64,000 bases of DNA from a virus. Lineage: Duplodnaviria; Caudoviricetes. Both the position numbers and the translations under genes were made by a program. Within the stretch, counting starts at the first letter, position 1. Each line of letters opens with the position of its first letter. The stretch is from positions 1 to 64,000 of IMG/VR virus record IMGVR_UViG_3300037419_001469; one strand, given 5' to 3'. A model generated the notes under the pieces. The model did no database searches, was not told where the DNA came from, and worked only from the letters and a program-made list of their open reading frames with translations. This document shows, in pieces, positions 36,040-44,562 of this stretch.

Positions 36040-36597
36040 TCAGCCTCCATTACTCAGTTCAGCTTCGCGCTGCGCGATCGCATATTCGAGGCGGGCGATG
36101 GCAAGGTCCTTGTGATGCTGGTATCCGAGGTGAGACGTTCCCTTGGACAGAGGAAGACCGTGATCCGCAATCAGCATCCGGTCGTGAGTGCCGCCGCCAT
36201 AGGTCGAGAACAGACGATCGTAGGCATCCTTGCCGAACAGGGCAGCCATTGCGCCCTCCCTCTTATCCCCATTCTCGTCGAGCGGCGCAACATCCTCCGC
36301 CGTCACGAAGTGCGTGATGCATTCGCTTTTCTCGATCCACATGCCCTGCTTCTGGAAATAGTCGTACAGGGAAATGGTGCCGGCCAGGCAAAACAGCGTG
36401 CCGCATCCGGTCTCGTTCGTGAAAAACGCGAGGTTGAACTTCTCCACGGGCGCCGCCTTTGCGATTTCCAGCGCGACGTGCAGGTTGCGCAGGATCGGGT
36501 CTTTCACACTGAGTATGGCCGGGTCGATGATGGTGGCGATGGGCTTCGTCACGATCTCGCCATAGGTCTTGATCGGGAATTGCAGTTCGGTGTTCAT
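36040..36597 (-). CDS. hypothetical protein, paralog of 39197-39772
   Basis: shared CGTxFCLAG and LFSTYG motifs. Confidence 0.7.
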   Translation of the reverse strand: MNTELQFPIKTYGEIVTKPIATIIDPAILSVKDPILRNLHVALEIAKAAPVEKFNLAFFTNETGCGTLFCLAGTISLYDYFQKQGMWIEKSECITHFVTAEDVAPLDENGDKREGAMAALFGKDAYDRLFSTYGGGTHDRMLIADHGLPLSKGTSHLGYQHHKDLAIARLEYAIAQREAELSNGG

Positions 36598-36646
36598 GGT
36601 CTTCTCCTAGTCAGGGTTTCACTTCTTGGCGTCTCGTCACGCCATA

Positions 36647-36817
36647 TCAGGCGTCTGCATTCTTCAGTTCGATGCGCGCGAGCTTCTTCAGGGAGCGGCG
36701 CTGCCTCCAGTATTCGGTCTCGAACTGGAGCATGGCGTCACTCCAGCTCGATGCGAATATCTGCATGTCCATCAGAACCGCACCTTGCGCGTCATACGCA
36801 TAGCCATAGATGCGCAT
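36647..36817 (-). CDS. small hypothetical protein (MRIYGYAYDAQG...)
   Basis: manual translation; GGAGG RBS. Confidence 0.5.
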   Translation of the reverse strand: MRIYGYAYDAQGAVLMDMQIFASSWSDAMLQFETEYWRQRRSLKKLARIELKNADA

Positions 36818-36954
36818 CACTTCCTCCTTCTCTTTTCATAGCGCGCCTTCACGGCGCTCGGCCGCGACCTCCACAGATCCCACGCGCGCCGGCCCAGGTG
36901 CATCAGCACGGCCGCATACGCCAGGCACAGCAACAACAGCATCAGGTCGCCCAT
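36817..36954 (-). CDS. small membrane protein (MGDLMLLLLCLAY...)
   Basis: manual translation; hydrophobic N-terminus, basic tail. Confidence 0.45.
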   Translation of the reverse strand: MGDLMLLLLCLAYAAVLMHLGRRAWDLWRSRPSAVKARYEKRRRK

Positions 36955-36955
36955 C

Positions 36956-37327
36956 TCAGGTCTCCTTGAAGGCGGTGGCGAGGACGATGTTGGTGTCGGA
37001 TTCGATCACGTCGACAATCGCCGTGTCGGTCGCCTCGCCCCAATTCGCAACCCACAGGCGGGTGTCGCGGTCGACCAGGTAGTCTCCGCCCTTGTAGCCA
37101 GTAATGGTTTTGCCGAGCATGTCGCTGGCGCGGTTGTACAGGTCGAGGGCGGAGATCGACAGGCCTCGGTCATAGGACTCATAACCGAGGGCCAGGTCTT
37201 CGTAGAAGCCGCGGTAGCTGCGGAACTGCTTGGGCATGAAGAAGCAGAAATCGAACAGGATTTCCTTGGCCGGATCGACGTCCTGCAGCTGCTCGATCAA
37301 GCCGCCGAGGGTGAGGTGGTCAGCCAT
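36956..37327 (-). CDS. hypothetical protein
   Basis: GGAGG RBS; SYRGxYxDLA motif. Confidence 0.7.
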   Translation of the reverse strand: MADHLTLGGLIEQLQDVDPAKEILFDFCFFMPKQFRSYRGFYEDLALGYESYDRGLSISALDLYNRASDMLGKTITGYKGGDYLVDRDTRLWVANWGEATDTAIVDVIESDTNIVLATAFKET

Positions 37328-37508
37328 GATCGTCCTCCGTATCGGCAGCCAGGTACTCATTGCCTCGCTCGATGGCAATGTCCTCCAGCTGGCCAGCATC
37401 GGCCTCCCCGACTTCCTCCGGGGTCCAGATGACAACGACATACCCGGCGTCGCGCAGCTGGCGCACGGTCTTGTTCCAGATATCCACGTCAGATCCTTTC
37501 CGGGACAT
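37320..37508 (-). CDS. hypothetical protein
   Basis: LRDAGYVVVIWTPEE motif. Confidence 0.55.
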   Translation of the reverse strand: MSRKGSDVDIWNKTVRQLRDAGYVVVIWTPEEVGEADAGQLEDIAIERGNEYLAADTEDDHG

Positions 37509-37704
37509 AGTCCCGATTCCTGGCACGCAAGCAGGCAAGCTCCCGGGCTTGCCGCTTGGTCGTGCCGTAGTCGATGCAGAAGGAAAAGTAGGTCTCGCGC
37601 GCGGCCCCGGTCTTACCGGCAGCCGCGCGCCTGGCCTCTATCGTGGTGAAGTAGATCGCCTCCTTGTGATGCCCTTCGAGGGCGATGCAGTGTAGGCGGA
37701 TCAT
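37489..37704 (-). CDS. hypothetical protein, paralog of 38229-38480
   Basis: shared L.CIALEG...YF. Confidence 0.6.
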   Translation of the reverse strand: MIRLHCIALEGHHKEAIYFTTIEARRAAAGKTGAARETYFSFCIDYGTTKRQARELACLRARNRDYVPERI

Positions 37705-37705
37705 T

Positions 37706-37807
37706 TCAGCCTCCGATCAGACCGCGAATCCAGTCCAGCACCAGTGTCGGTGCCGAGACGAACACGCAGGCGGCAAGCGTGATCAGATAGAACACGCCCC
37801 GGTTCAT
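37706..37807 (-). CDS. 33-aa membrane peptide
   Basis: MNRGVFYLITLAACVFVSAPTLVLDW; GGAGG RBS. Confidence 0.45.
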   Translation of the reverse strand: MNRGVFYLITLAACVFVSAPTLVLDWIRGLIGG

Positions 37808-37938
37808 GGCTTGCCTCCGACCTGCTCGATGCCGAGGATGATCCCACTGAGTCGGAACATGAAATCGGCATAGCTATTGGCCGCGGCGAACGTGTCGAAC
37901 ACACGGCCGCCGCAGGTGTAGCGGATGGTGGTTTCCAT
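37804..37938 (-). CDS. small hypothetical protein (METTIRYTCGG...)
   Basis: GAGG RBS; manual translation. Confidence 0.5.
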   Translation of the reverse strand: METTIRYTCGGRVFDTFAAANSYADFMFRLSGIILGIEQVGGKP

Positions 37939-37941
37939 GTC

Positions 37942-38232
37942 TCACCTCCACACCTGAACCTGGCCATCCGCGACCATCTGGCGCTCGATCGCGCAGTCTC
38001 GCCTCCAGTGGTGGTCAGGCTCCTCATAGGTGCCATCCTTGAGGAAGTAGCCGAGGTCGAGGATGTCGTACCCGCGGACCTCTTTCTCATCCGGGTATTG
38101 GGCGCGGTATTCCTCCAGGTCGAAGCGCGCGATGTCGGCATACTCGGTGTTGTTGCCGTGGCTGATAACGACGCCGGTTTGGGCGTCGATCGTGATGTCG
38201 CCGTGGCTGGAATGGACGGTGGCGGTTTTCAT
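37942..38232 (-). CDS. hypothetical protein
   Basis: GGAGG RBS before MKTAT. Confidence 0.6.
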   Translation of the reverse strand: MKTATVHSSHGDITIDAQTGVVISHGNNTEYADIARFDLEEYRAQYPDEKEVRGYDILDLGYFLKDGTYEEPDHHWRRDCAIERQMVADGQVQVWR

Positions 38233-38480
38233 GGCGCGACCTCCGCGAATGCCGGGTTCTTCCACGAGCCTTCGGCCACGTAATCCTTTTCCCAGGCGGC
38301 GTCATCGGCCAGCTCGGTCATCTCGTCATCATTGAGGCCGTCTGCGACCTCCAGGGTGAAGTAGATTTCCTCCTCGGCCCCGGTATGCGTTGCGGCGGCG
38401 TCGCGGTCCGCCCGGGTGTCGTACCAATCCACGCCGGTCGGCCCATTGCCCTCAAGGGCGATGCAGTAAAGGGTTTTCAT
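38229..38480 (-). CDS. hypothetical protein, paralog of 37489-37704
   Basis: GGGAG RBS before MKTLYCIALEG. Confidence 0.6.
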   Translation of the reverse strand: MKTLYCIALEGNGPTGVDWYDTRADRDAAATHTGAEEEIYFTLEVADGLNDDEMTELADDAAWEKDYVAEGSWKNPAFAEVAP

Positions 38481-38860
38481 AGCGGCTCCCTGTCCCAATC
38501 CGACTTCGCATCGTCGGCCAGCAGCTTGACCAGGTACGCATTGAACTGCGCGCGGGTCTTGGTCGAGACGTTGGTGCGCAAACCGACCAGGGTCTTCAGC
38601 TCGGCCGCCGTGAAGTATTGCGGCTTGATCTGGTCGTTGTCGTCCACGCGCTTGCGCATGGCGCCCCGGGCATGCTCGTACATGTGGATGCGCTGATAGA
38701 CCTCGTGCAGATTGGCCGTGGTGATCTCGGTCATACTCACCGACAGCAGCGCCCAAATCGCCGCCTCCAGGTGCGGCTTCAGCGTGACCATGCCGCCTCC
38801 GGCATCGTCGAGGATGGCCGTCTTGTCTTCGACGGCGGAATAGTCGTAATCAAGGCTCAT
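38477..38860 (-). CDS. hypothetical protein
   Basis: follows palindromic element plus GGAG; IGL.TN-like VGLRTN. Confidence 0.65.
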   Translation of the reverse strand: MSLDYDYSAVEDKTAILDDAGGGMVTLKPHLEAAIWALLSVSMTEITTANLHEVYQRIHMYEHARGAMRKRVDDNDQIKPQYFTAAELKTLVGLRTNVSTKTRAQFNAYLVKLLADDAKSDWDREPL

Positions 38861-38892
38861 GACACTTCTCCATTTACAGTAAATGCGGGTAG

Positions 38893-39186
38893 TCAGCCCG
38901 GGATTGTTTTTGCTGCGCGCTCCTGCTCGATGGCTTTCCAGCCCTTGATAACAACAGACTCGGGGTCGAGAGCCGCCTTCAGCATCGACCCCATCATCTG
39001 CTGACTGTGGGCGATGGAGCTGTTAAGCAGTTCTATGTATTCAGTCTGGTAATGCTCAAGCTCCTTCACCCTACGGCGCAGGTACTGGTTCTCGTCATAG
39101 ATGGCCAGCACTTCCTCGGCCATCCTGACCACGGACGGCGTTTGCACGCGCTGGAAGTCATCTTCCATATCGAATGGGGATTCCAT
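38893..39186 (-). CDS. hypothetical coiled-coil protein
   Basis: GAGGAG RBS before MESPF. Confidence 0.6.
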   Translation of the reverse strand: MESPFDMEDDFQRVQTPSVVRMAEEVLAIYDENQYLRRRVKELEHYQTEYIELLNSSIAHSQQMMGSMLKAALDPESVVIKGWKAIEQERAAKTIPG

Positions 39187-39196
39187 CTCGTTCTCC

Positions 39197-39772
39197 TCAG
39201 CCGCCGAACGTGCGATCCAGCTCGTGCTCGATCCTGGCAATGGCCAGCGCCTTGTGGTCGGCATTGGTCTCGTGGCCCTGCAGCGGCAGGCCGTGATACG
39301 CGATCAGCTCGGCGTCATAGCGGCCCTCGCCATAGGTCGAGAACAGGCGGTCGAAGGCAAGGTCGCGCATTGAAAACGGCGCGTTGTCATGGTCGGTGCC
39401 GCCGAAGATGCGGTTCAGGGTGGCGTCCATGCCGTAGTTGGCCTCGAAAAGGGCGAAGCGCCCGCCGCGGTGCCGGCCGGAGCTGGCCTCGATGTAGATG
39501 CCCTGCTGCTGAAAATAGTCATACAGCGCGGCGGTGCCGGCCAGGCAGAACATGGTCCCGCAGGCGGGCTCGAACTCGCCAGTCGGCCTTCCGTCTTCCG
39601 TGTGCTTTTCATCGACACCGCCGTAGGCGAAATCGGCCAGGTTGAAACGCTCGACATCTGCCGCCTTGGCGATGGCCAGTAGCACGCGCAGGTTGCGGCG
39701 CACAGGGTCGGACTCAGGAATCGAGGCCGGGTCGATGATGTTCTTGATCGGGAACGTGACGAGGTGTTTCAT
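39197..39772 (-). CDS. hypothetical protein, paralog of 36040-36597
   Basis: follows palindromic element; shared motifs. Confidence 0.7.
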   Translation of the reverse strand: MKHLVTFPIKNIIDPASIPESDPVRRNLRVLLAIAKAADVERFNLADFAYGGVDEKHTEDGRPTGEFEPACGTMFCLAGTAALYDYFQQQGIYIEASSGRHRGGRFALFEANYGMDATLNRIFGGTDHDNAPFSMRDLAFDRLFSTYGEGRYDAELIAYHGLPLQGHETNADHKALAIARIEHELDRTFGG

Positions 39773-39808
39773 GTGGGTCTCCATTTACAGTAAATGGGTG
39801 GATAGGGA

Positions 39809-40453
39809 CTACTTGATGCGCACCTGGTGGAACTTCTGTTCGACGACGATGCGCACCGGCTTGCCGTCGCGCTCGATCTTGGCTTCCATCACCATCGGGT
39901 CGTTGCAGACGGTTTGCCAGACGTTTTGATCCTTGCCGCCGACTGCCTGGGCCATGCGCTTTTCCAGGTCGTCGATCGCTTCCTCGGAAACGAAGTCGGC
40001 ATTAAAGCGGTGGAACAACTGCTTCTGGCGCCCGGCCTCGTCGATCTCGGTGATCGTGTGCTCGATCATGTTCCCGAATTTCACCTGGTCCTGCTTGGCC
40101 GCCATCAGGTTGGCCAGTTCGAGCAGGGCTTCGGTGTCGGAGATCGTCCCGGCCTCGATCCTGCGGCGCAGCTGGCAGCCCTGGCACTCGCAGCCGTTAT
40201 CCGGCTCGGTATTGGCCTTGGCCGCGCCCAACAGATCCACCATGTCGAGCAGCTTCAGGTTCGACGCCGGGGACACGCCGAGCGATTGCGCGATCGCCTT
40301 CTCGAGTGAATCGCGCAGCCGCGGCGGCATGTCCTCGACTTTTATCGCCTTGCCCAAGCCGCCCTTGATGTGGACCAGGGTTTCCAGCATTTCGCTGGAG
40401 GCAGGGTCCAGCAGCACCGGAAGCGGGACGCCGGGCATATTCTTCTTTTCCAT
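39809..40453 (-). CDS. hypothetical protein with CxCxxC
   Basis: AAGGA RBS. Confidence 0.6.
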   Translation of the reverse strand: MEKKNMPGVPLPVLLDPASSEMLETLVHIKGGLGKAIKVEDMPPRLRDSLEKAIAQSLGVSPASNLKLLDMVDLLGAAKANTEPDNGCECQGCQLRRRIEAGTISDTEALLELANLMAAKQDQVKFGNMIEHTITEIDEAGRQKQLFHRFNADFVSEEAIDDLEKRMAQAVGGKDQNVWQTVCNDPMVMEAKIERDGKPVRIVVEQKFHQVRIK

Positions 40454-40579
40454 AGTCATTTCCTTTGGCGATGGCGGTGGCGAGCAGCAAGCCGGCAAGG
40501 GCCATCACAACCAGGCCGGCAAACAGGGACAGGATGAAAACGGACTCCGCCTCCATCCCGATGAACAGTTGGATCCACC

Positions 40580-40738
40580 TCACAACTTTGCGACGAGCCA
40601 GCAGACCGCACCTCCGATAGCAACATAGGCGGCGGTCCAGCCCTGGAATGAGAAGGCGGCGAACCAGTCGTGAATCTGCTTGACCGTGTCGTGCGCCTGG
40701 CCGGTGGCGATCGCCACCAGGATGTCAAAGGCATCCAT
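40580..40738 (-). CDS. small membrane protein
   Basis: AAGGAG RBS before MDAFDIL; C-terminal hydrophobic helix. Confidence 0.5.
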   Translation of the reverse strand: MDAFDILVAIATGQAHDTVKQIHDWFAAFSFQGWTAAYVAIGGAVCWLVAKL

Positions 40739-41135
40739 GAGAGCTCCTTTCGTCCTGATCCATGCGCTCGGCCTCGTCTTCCCACGAGTAGCAGGTCGAG
40801 CCATAGGCGCACGGTTGCTGCGTCCAGCCCATGCGGGCAAAGAAAGACATATCTCCCCGGCTCAACTCGAACACCTCCCGGACGATCTCCAGCGTGTTCT
40901 CGGCCAGGCCCCTCGCCTCGCGCCTCCGGTCGCGGAACAGCGGATGGCCCTCCTCGCTGCGCCGCACCTGCACGCCCTTGAAATAGGACGGATGCGACCA
41001 GCGTCGGCCATCGGCGTGCTCGGCAACGACGAAATAGGCTTCTCCATAGAACGGGGTGCCGTCCTCGGAAACGCCAGCGTGATAGGACTCGGAAGCGATG
41101 CCAAAGCTGATTTGGGTTTGCATGATGGACTCCAA
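40725..41135 (-). CDS. hypothetical protein
   Basis: YGS..Y...D...E C-terminal motif. Confidence 0.6.
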   Translation of the reverse strand: MESIMQTQISFGIASESYHAGVSEDGTPFYGEAYFVVAEHADGRRWSHPSYFKGVQVRRSEEGHPLFRDRRREARGLAENTLEIVREVFELSRGDMSFFARMGWTQQPCAYGSTCYSWEDEAERMDQDERSSHGCL

Positions 41136-41188
41136 CAGTTGGAGAGGTGGGCTCCCACTCAGTGTGGGAGGGTGAGGTCAGACTGAGT

Positions 41189-41704
41189 TCAGGCTGTCGT
41201 CAAGCCTTTGTCAGCATCCGGGCAAAACTGTGGCGCTTCGGCGCCGGCATCGGCCAGCTCCGCCGCTTCGATCTCCGCCAACTCCGCCTCCGCCGCCTCG
41301 CTCAAGGGTTCGAGTGGCGCGACATACGGAGCTTCGACCAGGGCATTGTGGTCCCGGTTCAGGCGGATGATGTCGGAGATGACTTTGGCCTCGATCAGGT
41401 CCAGGGCCGGCAGGCCGGTCTTGTCATACGGGGAGGCATAGGCGGAGAAGACGCTGCGCAGCTGGAATTCGTAGCTGTTCGGGCTGATGGAATTGAGGCC
41501 GAAATTGAGGTCCATCTTGGGGCCATTCAGAGGAATCGATTCCTGCCTCAGGCAGCGCATGAACTCCGGATGCGTGATGCGCTCATGGTAGAGGGCGCAG
41601 ACCAGGTCTCCGATACGCACGCGGCGCTCCGCGTCCATGTCGATTTGCATGCCCTGGAAGATGCCGAGTACGGTGTCGGTTAAAGCTTGCGTTTTCGTTT
41701 TCAT
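41189..41704 (-). CDS. hypothetical protein with acidic tail
   Basis: AGGAG RBS downstream of AT-rich promoter region. Confidence 0.65.
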   Translation of the reverse strand: MKTKTQALTDTVLGIFQGMQIDMDAERRVRIGDLVCALYHERITHPEFMRCLRQESIPLNGPKMDLNFGLNSISPNSYEFQLRSVFSAYASPYDKTGLPALDLIEAKVISDIIRLNRDHNALVEAPYVAPLEPLSEAAEAELAEIEAAELADAGAEAPQFCPDADKGLTTA

Positions 41705-41979
41705 AGTCTCTTTCTCCTAAACGTTAGGGTTTAATTAAGCCCATTTACGGTAAATGGGTGCTTCCGACTGGTAACTTACAGTTGCGAAATGGCACTATCA
41801 CAAACATCCCTGCTTCGACATCGAATTACCGTTTGGTATTGATTATAGTCGGAGATTTTCGCGTATCGCTATGGATTTTAGGATGGTCGAGTGATTTTGT
41901 CGGGTTTTGTCCTACATTACCTCCTCTCAACATGTTTGGCGTAATTCAAACTATTAGTACATTAACTTTTCAGTTTGCA

Positions 41980-42759
41980 TTAACTGTTGGAGAACATGAA
42001 TTCCTTGCGGCTGCCATCGGCATAGTGCTTGGCATCGTACTCGGCCAGCGTCATGCCCAACGCCTCTGCCGCCTTCTGCCGCCTCTGCCGGTCAGCCTCC
42101 AATTGTGACAAGTGGTGTTGGGCGATGATCTCGTCCGTCTCTCCGTAGGGCCTTGTCGGCCTCAGAAGATCCTGGCCGCGTTGGTGGCGGCGGCGCAGCT
42201 CGTGGAAATTCACCGCGGAGATCGTCGTGACTTCGATCTCGGTCGTGACCAGGGCATCGGCCTCGTCGCTCCACTCGCGCACGCGCAAGGTGTAGGGGCC
42301 GTAGCCCTCGGGCAGATCCTCGCCTTGGTGCGCCTCCAGGTATTGCGCCAGCTGCCGCAGCGTCATCAGCTGCCCATTGTTGAACGGCGTCTTGACCAGG
42401 ATCGTTTTCGCCTGCACCGATTTGGCCTCGGCACGGGTTACCCATACGGCATTGGTCGGGTTGAAGCCGACTTTCAGGTTCTTGCGCCCGAGATAGATGC
42501 GGCGAAAGCGCATCGGCTTGGATTCGTCATCGTCCCAGGCCGGGTACATGTCCTCGACGAAGGCATGGAAATCGAACCAGCGCCGCATCACGAACGCACC
42601 CTTGGCGCCCAGGGCGCTCCAGTGCTTCGATTTCGGGTCGGCGCAGCCGTCGATCATCTTTTTCCATTCCCGGTACAGCGGATGGTTCGAGGAGCCGCGC
42701 GGTGCCGATGGCGGCGGGTAATCGAGGTCGGCAAGGTCGGCCGGTTGGACGGTTTCCAT
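41980..42759 (-). CDS. degenerate HNH-endonuclease-like protein
   Basis: HPLY..W..M...C..P....W..LG.KG..V..RW..F..F..DM pattern; expected LDRIDN..GY.P.N segment reads LGRKNLKVGFNPTN. Confidence 0.55.
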   Translation of the reverse strand: METVQPADLADLDYPPPSAPRGSSNHPLYREWKKMIDGCADPKSKHWSALGAKGAFVMRRWFDFHAFVEDMYPAWDDDESKPMRFRRIYLGRKNLKVGFNPTNAVWVTRAEAKSVQAKTILVKTPFNNGQLMTLRQLAQYLEAHQGEDLPEGYGPYTLRVREWSDEADALVTTEIEVTTISAVNFHELRRRHQRGQDLLRPTRPYGETDEIIAQHHLSQLEADRQRRQKAAEALGMTLAEYDAKHYADGSRKEFMFSNS

Positions 42760-42816
42760 GAAATCTCCATTTACAGTAAAGGACTAGGCGGATAAGGCTT
42801 GGCATTCCGGCTTGGC

Positions 42817-42822
42817 ATTATA
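42817..42822 (-). promoter_or_regulatory. perfect -10 TATAAT of a probable early promoter
   Basis: TATAAT ~58 nt upstream of 42759; TTGCGG 19 nt further upstream. Confidence 0.45.
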
Positions 42823-42844
42823 CGGCCGAAAATGGCTTGTCCCG

Positions 42845-43168
42845 CAAGTATGAGCAAATGTTGAGAAAATATTTTCGAAGGATTTTTGAATTGATCAAAC
42901 TTGGATCACAAAAATATGCCGGCTAAAAAAATTCTCAACATTTGTTTATACTTGAATGTCATTTATAAGAAAAAAATTTAATCCTTATGAATCCTTGACT
43001 TATAAATGTTGTTATATTTGAAATCGGTCGACCTTGCGCTTGTGAATCTGGCAATTTCGATGGCAGTGTGACAAGACAATAACCATGCTTGCGGTAGGGC
43101 CGATTTCGTTGTCAGAGTGCTATGCCAAGTACCGAGTGCAGAATGGTCGTGCCATTTGCTCATACTTG
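42845..43168. repeat. nested inverted repeats around an AT-rich core (origin-like)
   Basis: 16-bp IR 42845-42860/43153-43168; 13-bp IR 42855-42867/42932-42944. Confidence 0.7.
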
Positions 43169-43199
43169 GGTAGTTTTTCCATAGCACGAGCTTGGCGGG

Positions 43200-43900
43200 A
43201 ATAAGTGTCGGGAATAACTGGTGAAATGGGCTGTCTGCGCAGGGCGCTCGGGAGAACGCCCTGGGGAGACACCTTTCGGTGTCGGTGGGACTGGCGCGCG
43301 TCTCCCGACGCTCGCCACGGTAGGCTCCAGGACGCTTGCCATCCCGGCAATCGCCCCTCGTCCTTGTGCTCCCGTGCTGGCGGCAGAGCCGTGTGCCGCT
43401 CGGGGAGCCGCATCGTCGAATGTCGCTGAGGTGACAGTCGTTCAGAGCTTCGAGGCCGCCAAGAACGCTTGATGGAGCAGGGGCTGACAACGCTCGAACC
43501 CACACGTTGCCAGTGCCGGCCGCCCGCGCGTATCGCTACGCCTGAGGCAGTGGCCGGGTCCGCTTGCGCGGCTCTACTCCAGGGGTCACCGGAATCTCAC
43601 GACCGGCGCTTGCGCGCCGCATCCTTCGATGCCGGAATCGGCCCGGGCGATGCTGCTGCCCGGGCCTATCCTGATAATCAAATTGTCAGATCATGGGTTC
43701 ATCCGCGCGCCAGGGGCGATCATCACCACCAGCTGGTGCGCGAAGCCGCAGGGCCGCGCCTGATCTGCGCATGGCCCTGCAGGAACCGCCCGTTCATGTC
43801 ACCGCCGCGCCGCGCGAGGCCGAATCGGTGATACCGGGTCGATTGGTTCATCCTGCCGAAGAATCGGCATTGGCAAGCGCGGGGCTTGCCGATGCGGACT
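43200..43900 (-). ncRNA. candidate large structured ncRNA
   Basis: at least 12 hairpins; five clean GNRA tetraloops on minus strand; no RBS-supported ORF. Confidence 0.5.
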
Positions 43901-43905
43901 CGCAT

Positions 43906-44088
43906 TTACTGTAAATGGCGCGGCCGGTGAGATTCGAGACACGCCTTGATGGCGGCGCAGTAGCGTCTGTCGCATTCCTTGACATCGCCATCGCTGCACA
44001 TGCCAGCGGCGCGCATGCGCCGCGCCTCTTCCAGTTCTTCGCCATACTGATCTGCCAGCGCGCCAAGGCGCTTTTGTTCGCTTGTCAT
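43906..44088 (-). CDS. small hypothetical protein ending RHLQ* inside palindromic element
   Basis: GGGAGG RBS before MTSEQK; stop supplied by element. Confidence 0.6.
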   Translation of the reverse strand: MTSEQKRLGALADQYGEELEEARRMRAAGMCSDGDVKECDRRYCAAIKACLESHRPRHLQ

Positions 44089-44101
44089 GTCAGCCTCCCA
44101 T

Positions 44102-44242
44102 TTACTGTAAATGGCGGCGCTGGCCGCGCTGTTTGGCGGCGCGCATCGCGTCGCGCACGTTGATAGCCAGCGCGCCGAGGGCGATGCCGCAAGCGGCGGC
44201 GGCAAGCGCGAGATTGCCCGCCGCATGAATGATCGTTTCCAT
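44102..44242 (-). CDS. 46-aa hydrophobic peptide ending RHLQ* inside palindromic element
   Basis: AGGAGG RBS before METIIH; manual translation. Confidence 0.55.
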   Translation of the reverse strand: METIIHAAGNLALAAAACGIALGALAINVRDAMRAAKQRGQRRHLQ

Positions 44243-44484
44243 GATTTGCTGCCTCCTATGCGATGGCAGGCGGCGCATTTACTGTAAATGGCGCGCTGCC
44301 TGCCGATTGCGGCGCGATAGCGCGAAAGTTCGCGGGCAAGCATGCACAAGCGCGGAAAGAATCCGCCCTATTGCGCCGCCTGCCGCGCCAAATCGCCCCA
44401 TAGCGCCGCCAAATATGCCAGCGCGGCAGAATGCCCGCGCCAGCGCCGAAAATGCCGTATAGCGCCGCTATGGCGCTGCCAGCA

Positions 44485-44522
44485 TAAGAAAAGCGGCAGG
44501 GGTGATTGCTCACGCCTGCCGC
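44485..44522 (-). terminator. intrinsic terminator
   Basis: GCGGCAGG..GTGA GCAA TCAC..CCTGCCGC stem then TTTTCTT on minus strand. Confidence 0.65.
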
Positions 44523-44562
44523 CTTACTTATGCCGCCTGCCTTGCGGCAGGCGCTGAAGCGA

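Noticed and set aside
43200-43900. Group I/II intron, tRNA, tmRNA or RNase P
   Set aside because: No interrupted host gene, no GUGYG start or domain V, no P7 core, and no cloverleaf could be built around the GGUUCGAG
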